Below are positions 52,460 to 64,000 of a DNA stretch of 64,000 nt, one piece after another. Each line of letters starts with the position of its first letter. The first letter of the stretch is position 1. This stretch comes from Sphyrna mokarran (Eukaryota). The stretch lies in the NCBI GenBank assembly GCA_024679065.1, contig JAGIQG010000013.1, positions 53,568,001 to 53,632,000 of the forward strand, given 5' to 3'. The notes under the pieces were generated by a model. The model searched no databases. It worked only from the letters and a program-made list of their open reading frames with translations, and was not told the origin of the DNA. The translations under genes and the position numbers were made by a program.

Positions 52460-52669
52460 CTGAGCTGTTCAGCACAGGCACAATGAGATGGATGTGAGCT
52501 CTTTTTTGTCACATGCTTGGACCTATTTATTTCATTCCCAGTGAGCATTTCAGAGATAGAACAGTTGGTTGCATGCGGTGTGATCCAGATCTGGTAGGTT
52601 ATAAACTTGTCCGGTGATGAAGAGCGCAACATAAGTCATCAGATGTTGTCTGGAATGTTATAGTGATAG
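52460..52669 (-). CDS. Candidate exon, 210 nt
   Basis: Acceptor atcttttgtag|, donor CAG|gtatgt. Cys/His-rich. Confidence 0.65.
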
Positions 52670-53272
52670 CTACAAAAGATCTGCTGCAATTTAGAACTCA
52701 TTCATTTCAGCAGCTCCACTGATAACATCTGTAATTCTGGATTTTAAACAAATTTGTTATCTACGCTTCTAATCTTCAGCTGACTTTAGCAGCTGTCAGT
52801 GGCAGATAAATATCACAGTGAGTAATTTTAGGAAAAAAGTAATTTCTCAAAATGCTCTTGAATTCAATCAAGCACTTTCCAAATACAGACTAACCAATCC
52901 CACCCCCACCTCTCCCAGCCAACAAAGAAAAAATATCCCATCAATTCCTGCTCTCTGCACTAAGCACAGAAATGGCTGCAGGTAGGGTTAGAAAGGACAG
53001 AAATCAAGCAGCTGATCAAACCTGTCACTGAAATAAAGGTCATCAAATTAGGCCTTTGGGAACTCTAACAGTGCTTAGCTCCTTCTACCAATTTGAATAT
53101 TCTACTAATCAACATCATCTAATCCCATACCTATAACACACTTTATCATAAGCTTGGATCTATGTAACTCAATACCAGTGATTACAGTGAATAGGTGCAA
53201 TGGTACCTTTGTACAGTAGAGTTGCAGCTACCTTTTGATAGCAGTTAATATTTGTAAAGAGAGTGAGAGCAG

Positions 53273-53562
53273 AGCGGCATAGTGGCACAATGGTTAGTAC
53301 TACTGCCTTGTAGTGCCAGGGAGCTGGGTTCAATTCCAGCCTCGGATGACTGTCTGAGATGGGTTTGAACACTCCCTCTGTATCTGCATAGGTTTCCTCC
53401 CACAGTCCAAAGATGTGCGGGTTAGGTTGATTGGCGATGCTAAATTGACCCTAATCTCAGGCAGATTAGTGCGGTAAATACAAGGGGTTGGGAATAAAGC
53501 CAGGGTGTTCGATACAAACTTGATGGACCAAATCACCTCCTTTTGCACTGTAGGGATTCAAT
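53273..53562 (+). mobile_element. HE1-type V-SINE
   Basis: Head, V-domain and tail present. Confidence 0.85.
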
Positions 53563-53619
53563 AATTCAGTGCACATCAGGCTCTAGGATTTTGCTTTCCA
53601 TCCTCTGATACTGCCTCAT

Positions 53620-54155
53620 TCATAGTATTTGTTTTCTATCTTCTGTCTGTTGGTGATATTTCTAATAGGCAGAACAACTGGCTCTTTTTTCAGACCAGAA
53701 ACCTAAAGGCAGCTTCAGGATTCAGTCAGCGCTTTTTTGAAACGTGAAGCGTTTGCATCTGATACAATCCCATTGCTTAGGTTTAATGTAAAGCCAAGTG
53801 GCACATGGTTCCCTTTGCAAGGTTGCTTCACACTCAGTGCAAGATGCCAACTGGCACTGATTTGTCAGCATTCACAAGATTCATCTTGCATCAATGCAGT
53901 GCAAAATATTTGTATATCCAACAAACAAAATATTATAACAGTACAGTCGTCCGCTGCCAGACTTTATTTAATACCATTTTATGCGTGGAAATTTGAAGAG
54001 TGCAATACCTGTATAGTTTAGATCTCTTCATCTTATCTTCACAAATTGATCATAAAGTAAGTCACTTTTTATTGGTCATTTAATATTTGAGTAGCACATT
54101 TATTACAAACATATAATCAGAACTGCTCAAATCCTGTCATTTCTTCTTAGGTAAA
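53620..54155 (-). CDS. Candidate exon block (ends uncertain)
   Basis: CpG-retaining; CTEC...CIRC zinc-ribbon-like motif; possible acceptors at 54155 or 54008. Confidence 0.4.
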
Positions 54156-54269
54156 CTTAAAATAAGCTCACCAAATCTGCATAAATATTGGGTAAATGTC
54201 TACAATCAGGACAATCTACAATCTGGGCAGGCTCTCTTATCATTGCATGCCATTAGAACTATCACTTGT

Positions 54270-55290
54270 ATTTATATAGCACTCTTATCTTAATAAAACC
54301 TCCCAAAGTGCATCACAGCAGTGGTTACCAAACAGGATTTAATGACAAAACTACAAAAGAAGATAAAACAGAACATGCTGGAAAATCTCAGCTGGTCTGG
54401 CTGCATTTGTGGACAGAGAAACAGAGTTAATGTTTCCAGCCTAACATGATATTTCTTTGAAGAAGAGTCATACTGACTTAAAATGTTAACTCTAGGTTTC
54501 CAGCATCTGTAATACTTTTCCTTTTTCATTTGGATATGGTAGATCATACGACCAAAAGCTTGATTAGGGAGGAGTTTTTCAGGGGTGTTTTCAAGGTGGA
54601 AAGTGTTGAGGCAGGGAATTCCAGAGTTTAGAGCCTCAGCAGCTTAAAGCATGGCCACAGATGGTGCAGTAATTAAAATTGAGGATGCATATGACATCCG
54701 AATTATAGGATGTGGAAATCAGAGGGTTGGAGGAGTTCATGGAATTACGGACGGATTGAAGGACATGAATTTCAAAATCAATGCATTGCTTAATCAGAAG
54801 AAAATATAGGTCAGTGAGTAGAGAAATGGTTGGTGCATGCAGCTTCATGTGACACAGGCACCAGTGTTTTGGAGATTTAAATTAAGGGAAGGGAGAACAT
54901 GTGAAGTCAGCCAGGTGTGCATTGGAATAGGCAGGTCTGGAAATGACAAAGACATGGATAAAGGTTTCAGCAGCAGGTGAGATGATGTATGGACATGTCA
55001 GCTAACGTTAGGCGGAAATAGCGATCTTAGTGATGACACAAATAGGAAGTTAGAAGCTCAGTGTGGGGTTAAATTTGGCATTAAGCTTGCAAACAGACTG
55101 ATGCAGCCTCAGACAACTTCAGGAAGAAGGACAGAGTTAGCTAGGAAATGGGGTGGTTTGTGGTTTCTGTCTTTGTAACATTTAATTAGTGCAATTTTCT
55201 GCCCCTCCATTACTGGATTTCAGTCTAAGCAGTCTGGCTAGTTAGACACAGCAATAAGGGATGGAGGGAAATGATGGTGATGCAGAGTTG
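54270..55290 (-). mobile_element. L2 LINE 3' remnant with an inserted Penelope-like fragment (54360-54530)
   Basis: Homologous to 47690-48500; the insert is an inverted copy of 17830-17945. Confidence 0.7.
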
Positions 55291-55461
55291 GGTCTGGGTC
55301 ATTTGGAGGCCTGGCAGCGAAATCATAGGCCCTGGTGTTTCTCCTGATTTCAGGCCCACTGATCACATTATCTAACTTCCAAAAATCTTTTTTGAAATTA
55401 TTTGAACAACTAAATCTTTCACTTCATATCCTCTGTCTCATAGGACTGCAAATGGTCGTTT

Positions 55462-56230
55462 TGTGATCTGAGGTCAAGAACAATCTTCCACACAAAACCT
55501 GGATTTTTAGATCTGATACATTATACATGTGATGAATTCTATGACCAACTATACACCAGCTTCTATGGGGAATGTGGTGAACCTTTATTCATTAGTCTGT
55601 GCTCTGCATTCTGCCGCTTGGGTTCTGTAAAATACTCCCATATCACAAACCATACATGAGTATAAAGAACACCCAAAGATCAATTATATGCTCCCTTTAA
55701 AAGATAAAAGTTGTTTTCATTTGGTTTTGGGAACCATTTCAATGAAGCTTTCAAATGGAAGTCTTATGATCACAATGAACAGCTACCTACCAGCAGTTGG
55801 GAATTCAGTTTCACTTAAAGTATGCTGTACAATGTTGTCCAATTGATCTTTGCAGAGTTGGCTGCAAAGTTGGGTGTTGTTAAGGAGCTGCAAATAGATG
55901 GTCTTAGCGATGGCCAAGATATGTAGCCATAAATTCATCTTGGGGGTCAAATAGGAGCCTGATTCAGCCTCAGACAACTGCCCAAGAGAAAGATCGAACC
56001 AGATTTTCATCACCAAGGTGGTCAGCTCAGGTTGGGAAACTTCCTGACTCAATGGACTGACTTCAACATGAATTGCACTCCCCCCCCTTTCCCTTAACCA
56101 CAAACTTTGCTTTTCATATCTTCCATGTTAACTCATGGCATTTCTATGCCATTCACTATGGCATGTGATCTGAGGTCAAGAATAATCCTTCCACACAAAA
56201 CCTGGATTATTACATCTGATGTATACATTC
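55462..56230. repeat. Direct repeat pair of about 65 bp (55462-55528 and 56164-56228)
   Basis: tgtgatctgaggtcaagaa.aatc.ttccacacaaaacctggatt present twice. Confidence 0.85.
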
Positions 56231-56304
56231 AGTAAAGGAACAATTAACCCTGTAGTAATAAAATCATATGTGGAACTGCTTAAAAAAAACATGTACTTTA
56301 AAAA

Positions 56305-56815
56305 AATATTCATTCGTAAGACTTGAGCATTGCTGGTTAGACCAGCACTTCTTGTCCATCCCTAATCGGACTTGAGAAGTCATTGGTGAGCTACCTTCTT
56401 GAACTGCTGCAACCCATGAGGTTAAGTACACCCACAGTGCTGTTAGGAAGGATTTTGACCCAGCACCAATGAAGAAACTGTGATATAATTCTAAGATACT
56501 TGGAACTTACAAGTGGTGGTGTTCATATGTGTCTGTTGTCCTTGTCCTTCTAGTTGGTAGAGGTCATGGGCTTGGAAAGTGCTGTCAAAGAAGCCTTGGT
56601 GAGTTGTTGCAGTATATCTAGTAGATGATACACACTACTACCACTGTGTGTTGGTGGTGCAAGAGTGAATGTTTGATGTTGTGGATTATGTGCCAAAAAG
56701 CAGGCTGCTTTGTCCAGGATTATATTGAACTTCTTCGGTGTTGCTAGAGCTGCACTCATCCAGGAAAGTATTCTATCATGTTATGATTGTAGGATGGTGA
56801 GCAGGCTTTTGGGAG
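56305..56815 (-). mobile_element. LINE 3' fragment (family of 40108)
   Basis: Colinear with 40108-40425. Confidence 0.75.
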
Positions 56816-57015
56816 TCACTAATATCCTTTAGGGAAGGAAATCTGCCAGCCTTACATGGTCTGGTAGAAATGTGATTCCAGACCTAAACAAGTGGTTAAC
56901 TCTTAATTGCCCTCTGAAATGATCAAGCGAGCCATTGCAATCAAGGGCAATTAGGGATGGGAAGCAAATGTTGACCATGCCAGTGATGCCCACACTCCAA
57001 AGAAAGAATAAAGAA
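56815..57015 (+). mobile_element. SINE family 2, 3' half
   Basis: cctttagggaaggaaatctgcc block and tail. Confidence 0.75.
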
Positions 57016-57476
57016 ATAAAAACAGAAAGTTGAAGAGCTGCTAGTGACCTAGACCCAAGGAAGAACATGGCTCGAAGGATTCAATCTTTGCTGACTTGAG
57101 GTCAAACTTGTCAAAGTCAACGACTAAGCCTCAAGACTCATTTCCATGTATAGCAAACTCAACCACCTCCTGTTACTCATGAGGACATATAAATTACCAG
57201 CATCAGCATTATACTTCTAGTGAACAGTAATATTTCATACCACCATGTATATTGAACACCAATAGGCAAAATGCGATAAAAAAAGTTTGATTTATTGATG
57301 CAAAAATCATGAAAGTTTCAGTCTCTTTCTCAAGTCCAAGAACATTGCAGAGGAAATGTATTTACAATTTGAAAGAATAGTGCCAAAATTTGATGAATAT
57401 TTGAAATTGCCATGGGGATTTCTAAATGAAAACAGAGCACTCCACATTAATATTGCAAGGCCTAACATTTACTCAC

Positions 57477-57624
57477 CACAAACCTTTCTACTGTGAACTC
57501 AAGGACACCATTAGATAGACAAGCAGGGAGACATAAAATGTACACCAACTTTCTGTGTCCCAATAGCCCCTGGGCTGGAATAGTTGAAAGAAATCAAAAC
57601 CAAGACTTCTGCAACATTCAGTAG
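57477..57624 (-). CDS. Candidate exon, 148 nt
   Basis: Acceptor ttgctcattttcag|, donor GTG|gtgagt. Confidence 0.65.
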
Positions 57625-57899
57625 CTGAAAATGAGCAACATAATTGATCAGATGCTTTCTAACAGTTTGCCAGCACAATCAGAATCAATGCCTAGTCTGC
57701 ATGCAAACGATCACATAATGTTACACAGTAATTACAGCACAGTAACAGGCCATTTGGAACAACTGGTCCGTGTAATGTTTATACTGTACACCAACCTCCT
57801 CCCACTTTCTTCATCTAGCTCCTTCGACATGTCCTTCTATTCCTCTCTCTCTCTGTCATGTGTTTATCTAGCTTCTTCTTAAATGTGTTTATGCTCACT

Positions 57900-59440
57900 A
57901 CAAGAAGTTCGATGAAGGCAGTGCAATAGGTAGATGAGGGCAGTGAAGCTGACATTGTCTATATGAACTTCAGCAAGGCCTTTGAAAAGGTAACATGGTA
58001 AGTTATTGCATAAGGTTAAATCTCACAGGATCTAGGGTAAAGTAGCCAAATGGATGTAAAATTGGCTTGATGACAGAAGAGGGTAGTTGGAGAGGGTTGT
58101 TTTTCAAACTGGAGGCCTGTGACCAGCAGCGTGCCTCAGAAGTTGGTGCTGCGTTCACTGTTATTTGTCATTTATATTAGTGATTTGAATAGAATTTAGG
58201 AGGCATTGTGAGTAAGTTTGAAGATGACACCAAGATTAGTGAAGAAGGTTATCTAGGATTGCAACAAGATCTTGATCAATTCGCTAGTGGGCTGATGAAT
58301 GGCAGATGGAGTTTAAAGAACAAGAACAAAGATCAAAGAAAATTACATCACAGGAACATGCTGCCCGAAAAAATCCCCTACCCTTCTGGGAACCATATGC
58401 CTCTAATCCCATCTCATTCATGTACTTGTCAAGACGACCTTAAAAGTCACTACTGTATCTACTTCCATCACCTCCCGCAAAGGTACATTTAGGTAAATGC
58501 GAGGTGATGCATTTTGGCAGACTGAATCAGGCAGGACCTACTCAGTTAACTATAGGGTGTTGGAGAGGGTTATAGAACAAAGAGATCTAGGGATACAGGT
58601 TCATAGCTCTTTGAAAGTGGAGTCACAAGTGGACTGAGTAGTGAAGAAGGCATTTGGCATGCTTGGTTTCATTGGTCAGAATATTGAATATAAGAGTTGG
58701 GATGGCTTGTTGAAGTTGTACAAGATATTGGTACAGCCACACTTGGAATACCTCATACAGTTCCAGGCAACCTATTATGAAAGGACATTATTAAGCTAGA
58801 AAGTGTGCAGGAAAAATTTACTAGGACATTAACAAGATTTGATGGTTTGAATTATGAGGAGATGCTGGATAGATTGGGACTTTTTCCCTGGAGCATAGGA
58901 GACTTAGAGGTGATCTGATAGAGGTCTATAAAATAATGAAGGACATAGTTAGGTAGTCAACATCTTTCCCAAGGTAGGGGAGTCTAAAACTAGAGAGGGG
59001 AGAGATACAAAATGATCCAGAGTGGTAATTTTTCATATAGAAGGTGGTGAATGTTTTAACAAACTGCCCGAGGTACTGGTAGAGGTGAGTTCAATTTTGC
59101 TGAACAACAGGTGGAGTTTAATTTAGATAAATGCAAGGTGATGCATTTTCGTAGATCAAACCAGGGCAGCATTTACTCACTTAACAGTGGTTGGGGAAGG
59201 TTATAGAACAAATAGATCTAGGAGTACAGGTTTGTAGCTCCTTGAAGGTGGAGACACAGGTGGATAGAGTGGTGAAGAAGGCATTAAAAAGGTATTTGGA
59301 CAGTTACATGGGTAAGTTGGATATAGAGGGACATGGACCAAAGATGGGCAATTTATACTTGCTTAGTGGTTAACAAAAGATTGTGACATGGATAAGCTGG
59401 GCCAAAGGACCTGTTTCCATGTTGTAAACATCTATGACTG
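57900..59440 (+). mobile_element. CR1/HER1 LINE ORF2 (RT) remnant, rearranged with a nested tail fragment and partial duplication
   Basis: YMNFSKAFEKV, SVPQ and SKFEDDTK RT motifs, then the 3' UTR. Confidence 0.9.
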
Positions 59441-60116
59441 TAACAATTCGTTGTGGTACTGTGTTCCATTTTCAAAGCAATTTATGAGTAAGGAGATTTT
59501 TCCTGAATTCCTGTTGGATTTATTAGTGATTGTACAACATAATATTATAATTATGGCTGCCAGGTCTGGTCTCTCTTCAAGTAGAAACTTCTCTACATTC
59601 AATCTATCAAATCTTTTCATAATCTTAAAGACATCTATTAGGTCGCCCCTCAGCCAACTCTTCTCTGATTAATTCTCAATACCGATAATCCTTCTGCTTT
59701 GCCCTTGAGCAATGAGAAAAGTAGGACAAAAGGACAAAACACAAAAACAAAGATTGATTAGTGAAACTATAATTCAAAAGCACACAGAAAATGAAATGAT
59801 CAGAGAGAGTAAAGGCAGCAGATTTAATGTGAGAGGAATAATCTCTTCAATTCCTGAGGTGATCCCTCATGTAAATTTACATTTAAAGTATAGAGTTTGG
59901 ATTTGGCTGTATATCTCAGAGTTAATATTCTCAGCTTGCCTGTTGGAAGTTCATTATTAATGGACCAAATGTTTTAAATTCCTTATGAAAATGTGTCTAT
60001 TGAATCCTCCAAGGACACCACATTGTTCATCAGAACTAGGATATTGTGGCCAATCATCTGGTTGTAAAGTTAAAAATTAGCATGTTTCATAATAGTATAA
60101 TCTTTTCCATATTTAC

Positions 60117-60169
60117 CTCTTTTAGCAGCGAAAGCCATGGGCTTTGATATGCAGACTTATTTCAATCAA
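60117..60169 (-). CDS. Candidate exon, 53 nt
   Basis: Acceptor cctcttttatag|, donor GAG|gtaaat. Confidence 0.55.
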
Positions 60170-60668
60170 CTATAAAAGAGGTCTTTCATCCCAATCATTA
60201 GTAAAGCACCCTTACAGTTTTTAATTCCCTTAATAGGGGTAAAATCCAATTTTACAATTATGGTGAAAGTTTTCAAAGGCACTGCTGCAGATCAGAACTA
60301 GATTTTGGTTGATTTGAAAGTTGGCCATGTCCTTCAAAATTTCTATGGTACAATTAGGAAGTAATGAAAAGATAAGTTTTGATTTTTACTCTATATAAAC
60401 CAAAGGTAATAAAGAGTTGGATGGTGCTTCAGATTAGCATTTTGCATTCCTCTGCTGGGTTGGAATTCATGCCCACACAGGAGGATGAAGTTATTCTTTG
60501 ATGCTCTAACAGCAGTTGTGAAATGAATGTATCAATCATTTCTAGATGTCAATGAACAGATCAACTGGGGAAGAAAGATTTCCACTTCATGACCTCCAGA
60601 CATCCCAAAGCACTTTACAAAGTGACCACATTCATTGCCTTTAATATCAGAGACAGCAACAAAGTTAC

Positions 60669-61001
60669 TCATAGTTCTGCTCAATCAGCTTTATCAACAA
60701 ACACAAGATGGTTAGCTGGACTGAAAAATGCTACAGTGGAGTGTGTTCTTCTGAGCTGTCGCTCCAAGACATATTGCTGTGGGGAGCCAAGGCAATTTAA
60801 ACGCTACTTCTGGCTATACTATATCTAACCCGGGAGCCAAAATATCAAATCAGTTCATTTTCATTGGCAATATATTGAAACCCAATGCTTAGCACTGTAA
60901 ATTTAAAATCACACCTGTACTGTTTAAGAAGTAGACAGGAAGAATTGTCACTGAGCCAATGAACCTTCTGGTGTTTGCGAGTACTGCTGTATGGTGTTAG
61001 C
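60669..61001 (-). CDS. Candidate exon (donor uncertain)
   Basis: Strong acceptor tgtgtattatacttccag|. About 50 open codons, then the +1 path reads ELIDILAPGLDIVSQKSVKLPW. Confidence 0.5.
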
Positions 61002-61214
61002 CTGGAAGTATAATACACAAACAAAACTTGCATGCCAAAAAAGAAATGTGTGGGGAGGTCAGCATAGGGAAAGGGATTGCTGGACAATATTTACTCCTTA
61101 GTCAGCAACTCTAAAACAGATTATCTGATCAATATCATGTTCCTATTAGTGGGAGCTTGCTGCGCATAAATTGGCTGTCACTTTTTCAGATTACAACAGT
61201 GACTATATTTTAAA

Positions 61215-61340
61215 ACACCTGATGAAGGAGCAACGCTCCAAAGGATCATGATTCCAAATAAACCTGTTGGACTTTAACCTGATGTTGTGAGACTTTACAC
61301 TGTGCCCACTCCAATCCAATGCCAGCATCTCCACATCATA
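61215..61340 (+). mobile_element. Penelope-like terminal fragment with degenerate hammerhead core
   Basis: CTGATGA-A-GGAGC-aac-GCTCC-AAA, then aataaacctgttggact. Confidence 0.55.
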
Positions 61341-61699
61341 CATTTCAAAGTTTCTCACTGGCTGTAAAGGGATTTGGGATATCCTGAGGTTGCAAACAAT
61401 ACCATGTAAATGTAAGTTTTTTCTGATACTATATGCATTAAAAATATTGAAATGTTATCCACTTTTCATGATACAATTTTAATATTCTGAACTTTGACCC
61501 TCTAAAATCGACATAGCTTATGCAGCACAAAGGTATATTTACTCAATCAAGAAACACTTTGAGGGGACACATCTTGGAAATTAGTGCAAAACAGGTCAGA
61601 GTGAATCAGCAACCTATTTTATAATTCTGTTTGATTTTCTTTTCAGTAAAGCCGGTTAGACAGCCATGCACTTGAATTCTTGATTACCATGCAAAAATT

Positions 61700-63140
61700 C
61701 CTTAGCCTGAATTTTAAGGATGGCATTACCCAGAACTGCTGACTCTAGCAGCACTGATGCTATACTACACGCCAGCAAACATTGGTTGACAAAGACACTT
61801 CTGTCCCTCATTCAGGAGAAAGTCCCATCTTCGAGAGATACCAGCCAATCAGGTTGACCAGCAGCTCTCCAGTCCCTCTAAGTATCGTGCTGCAATGGCT
61901 GGAAGATACACTGCCTGGAGCTACCTGCCACTAAATCCTAGGAACCTATGGGGAAGGCAGTTTGAAGGGATTCCAAAACAGGGAATGCCCCTACCCCTGT
62001 GGGCCTGTAAAGAGAACAATCTGGGCCTCGAGGGATATGCCAATGCTGAGGGGATGGGGGGTGTCCAGAAGTCGCCAGGCTTTAAGGGGAGTTTTTATGG
62101 AGGTGGCTACCCCACTTCCCACCCAAGATTCTTTTACATTTATATGTTTCTCTCTTGTGCTGTGATCAACTAGCTGGCTTAAAAATTGAGACTGTGTGGA
62201 AAATGCCCTTTGTGATCATTAATTGCCCATTTAAGGACCTGAGTTTAGACAAGTGCAGGTTTCCAATCTGAGGCATTGCTCGCCACTGTATAAAACCATT
62301 GACCGGTTAGGCAGGCAGGAACCCAGAGGAAATCCCATCCATGCAATTGTATGCGCCTGTAAACCACCGCTACTGTCCTCTTCCCCTCCATCTTTTCCTC
62401 AGAAGCCACTGGGAGGGGGAGCATAACATTCTTTCCAATTCCAGATGGGGCAGCCTCAAAGTCAACAGATGGAATAAACTGCTCGCTCTGGTGGCGGATG
62501 TGGAGAGGGGAAGGGAATTCAATCAGGCAGCATGGTGCCATAAAATCGGTGGCTTTGCCAAAATTAAGTTCTGAATGGGAAAGCTGATGGTGAACCATAG
62601 CGGTTGAGACCTTAAATGGCCAATTAATGACCATTTAAGTGCCTCATCCCACTGCTTCTGGTATGCAGCCATAGACAGGCCTGTCACCATGTATCATACT
62701 GAAAGCTAAAACTGTGTAGCAAACATGACAGCTTCAGGTGGGGGATCCTTGATCAAAGGCACTGACTGAGGGGCTCAACATCTGGAAGAGGGTGTTGATG
62801 TGTCCTGCACCCCTCTCCACAATTCCCATTGTGTGAAATGCACCCCCGTGATCTGGATCACTCATGGATCTTGCAATTCCAGTGCCAATCCCTCGAGCCA
62901 TAGTCATGGCCTTTCCAGTGGCACTGCTGAGCACAACAGCTATCAACCCCTGAGTGAGCGGCACCTCTCAGTAAGCAAAACTTCAACCTGAGGTGTTTTG
63001 ATTCCATGGGGAGGCCCAAAGTTGGCTTTGCCTGATTGGAAGGCCTGATTGACCTTCCAGAAAACAGCAGCATGGATCTCTCACCAGAATTCAGTTGGTA
63101 GGCAAGATCCCCAATGCCTCAAAAAGATTCCACCCAACAT
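61700..63140. mobile_element. GC-richer interspersed repeat block (unclassified)
   Basis: Repeated ttaatt.g.cc..ttaag motifs in both orientations and a composition shift. Confidence 0.35.
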
Positions 63141-63379
63141 TTGTGCATTCAGCATGTTGCCAAACATTAGTTTTCAATGATTATCATCAGCCTCTGCAAG
63201 GTTTGTAACATGCCTCCTTCTTAAAGTTGACTGAATATACCAGTTAAAAGAATAGATTTTGTTAACCAAATGTGCCACACTGAAACTTCCTGTATGCTTG
63301 GCAATGCAGCGAAGTCACTTCTAAAAACAGTTCAATAGTTTCAGTGCTTATTAAACATTCACTTTTGAACAAAACTTAC

Positions 63380-63547
63380 ATTTGCGATGCACAGGGTAAG
63401 ATTTAAACTCTGTGTAAGTGATTGGGTTTTGGATGAGTTAAGATCTCTCCCTCAATATGTGCAGTTCTCTATGGAGCTTAGCAATACATGGCAAAGCTAA
63501 CTAGTTCAAAAATTGGATTCTCCGTTTGCCAAATACTCCAAATTAAT
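63380..63547 (-). CDS. Candidate exon, 168 nt
   Basis: Acceptor ttttccatttatattttaag|, donor AAT|gtaagt. The +1 path reads FELVSFAMYCKLHRELHILRER. Confidence 0.6.
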
Positions 63548-64000
63548 CTTAAAATATAAATGGAAAATGCATAAATCAGATAATCTGAAATAATGGTTTG
63601 TACTGCACATTGTAACCAATCATAAGGTTATATTTGATTGTGATAAATAAATAATGCAATAATCTCTTTAAAATGCAATTTGTGCTTTGTCAATAATACA
63701 GAAAAGCTTGGGTTTTTTTTAATGGACTTGATACCCTTTTGAGTCAGGCAGCAACTCATTTTTGGCTTGGATTGTGACCTCAAATGAAATTGTATATTTC
63801 TGTGATCTCAACCGGACTCCACAAGACAAGCAAATAAAAGAAATAAGAATAAGGTTGAGTCAGTCTTTCATTTAATAAAAGTGTTATAAATGAGAAAGAG
63901 CTAAAATCAATACTTTTTCTGCTCAATATGTGATGCTGCTTTCCTGTAGACAGACTTTACATTGCCCATTCTCTGCACTGATAACACATAAAACTGAGAC

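Larger units (their letters stand above)
1..63547 (-). pseudogene. Large multi-exon gene with no open frame (candidate recoded cryptogene or unitary pseudogene); putative Cys-rich, transposase-derived product; probably extends beyond both window ends
   Basis: About 30 co-oriented segments with polypyrimidine-AG acceptors and GT donors, free of recognisable TEs and visibly CpG-retaining. Stops occur in all frames, but a +1-at-stop reading is protein-like. Confidence 0.7.

Noticed and set aside
49647-52669. Assignment to a named vertebrate gene (Schlafen, CCDC162 and GREB1 considered)
   Set aside because: No convincing motif match, so no symbol was assigned.
60800-60860. Subtilisin-like DILAPGLDIVS motif on the +1 path
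   Set aside because: No other subtilase motifs (catalytic His or GTSMA) nearby; likely chance.
63241-63320. Extra 80-nt exon
   Set aside because: It has splice signals but would leave a 59-nt intron, below the usual vertebrate minimum; unresolved.
1-63547. Frame disruption as a sequencing/assembly artefact
   Set aside because: An event every 60 nt or so, often outside homopolymers, is too frequent, and SINE copies do not show it. Raw reads are still needed to exclude it formally.

Overview
AT-rich vertebrate genomic DNA, almost certainly a shark/elasmobranch (HE1-type V-SINEs, HER1/CR1 LINEs, other tRNA-derived SINEs, L2, RTE and Penelope-type remnants), with one 139-N gap. No ORF in the supplied track is a real stand-alone gene. 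Between the repeats, about 30 exon-like segments (about 10 kb in total) run along the minus strand across the whole window, bounded by canonical AG/GT splice signals. The spliced product is interrupted by stops in all three frames. If the T of each in-frame stop is skipped (+1 shift), the translation reads continuously and links the longer ORF pieces in order. It gives a Cys/His-rich N-terminal half and a C-terminal half that by eye resembles invertebrate RNase-H-fold transposase-like proteins (DUF6589-type). This is either a frame-disrupted 'cryptogene' needing systematic +1 recoding or U-deletion editing, or an unusually well preserved unitary pseudogene/lncRNA. All decoding was done by hand and needs computational confirmation.
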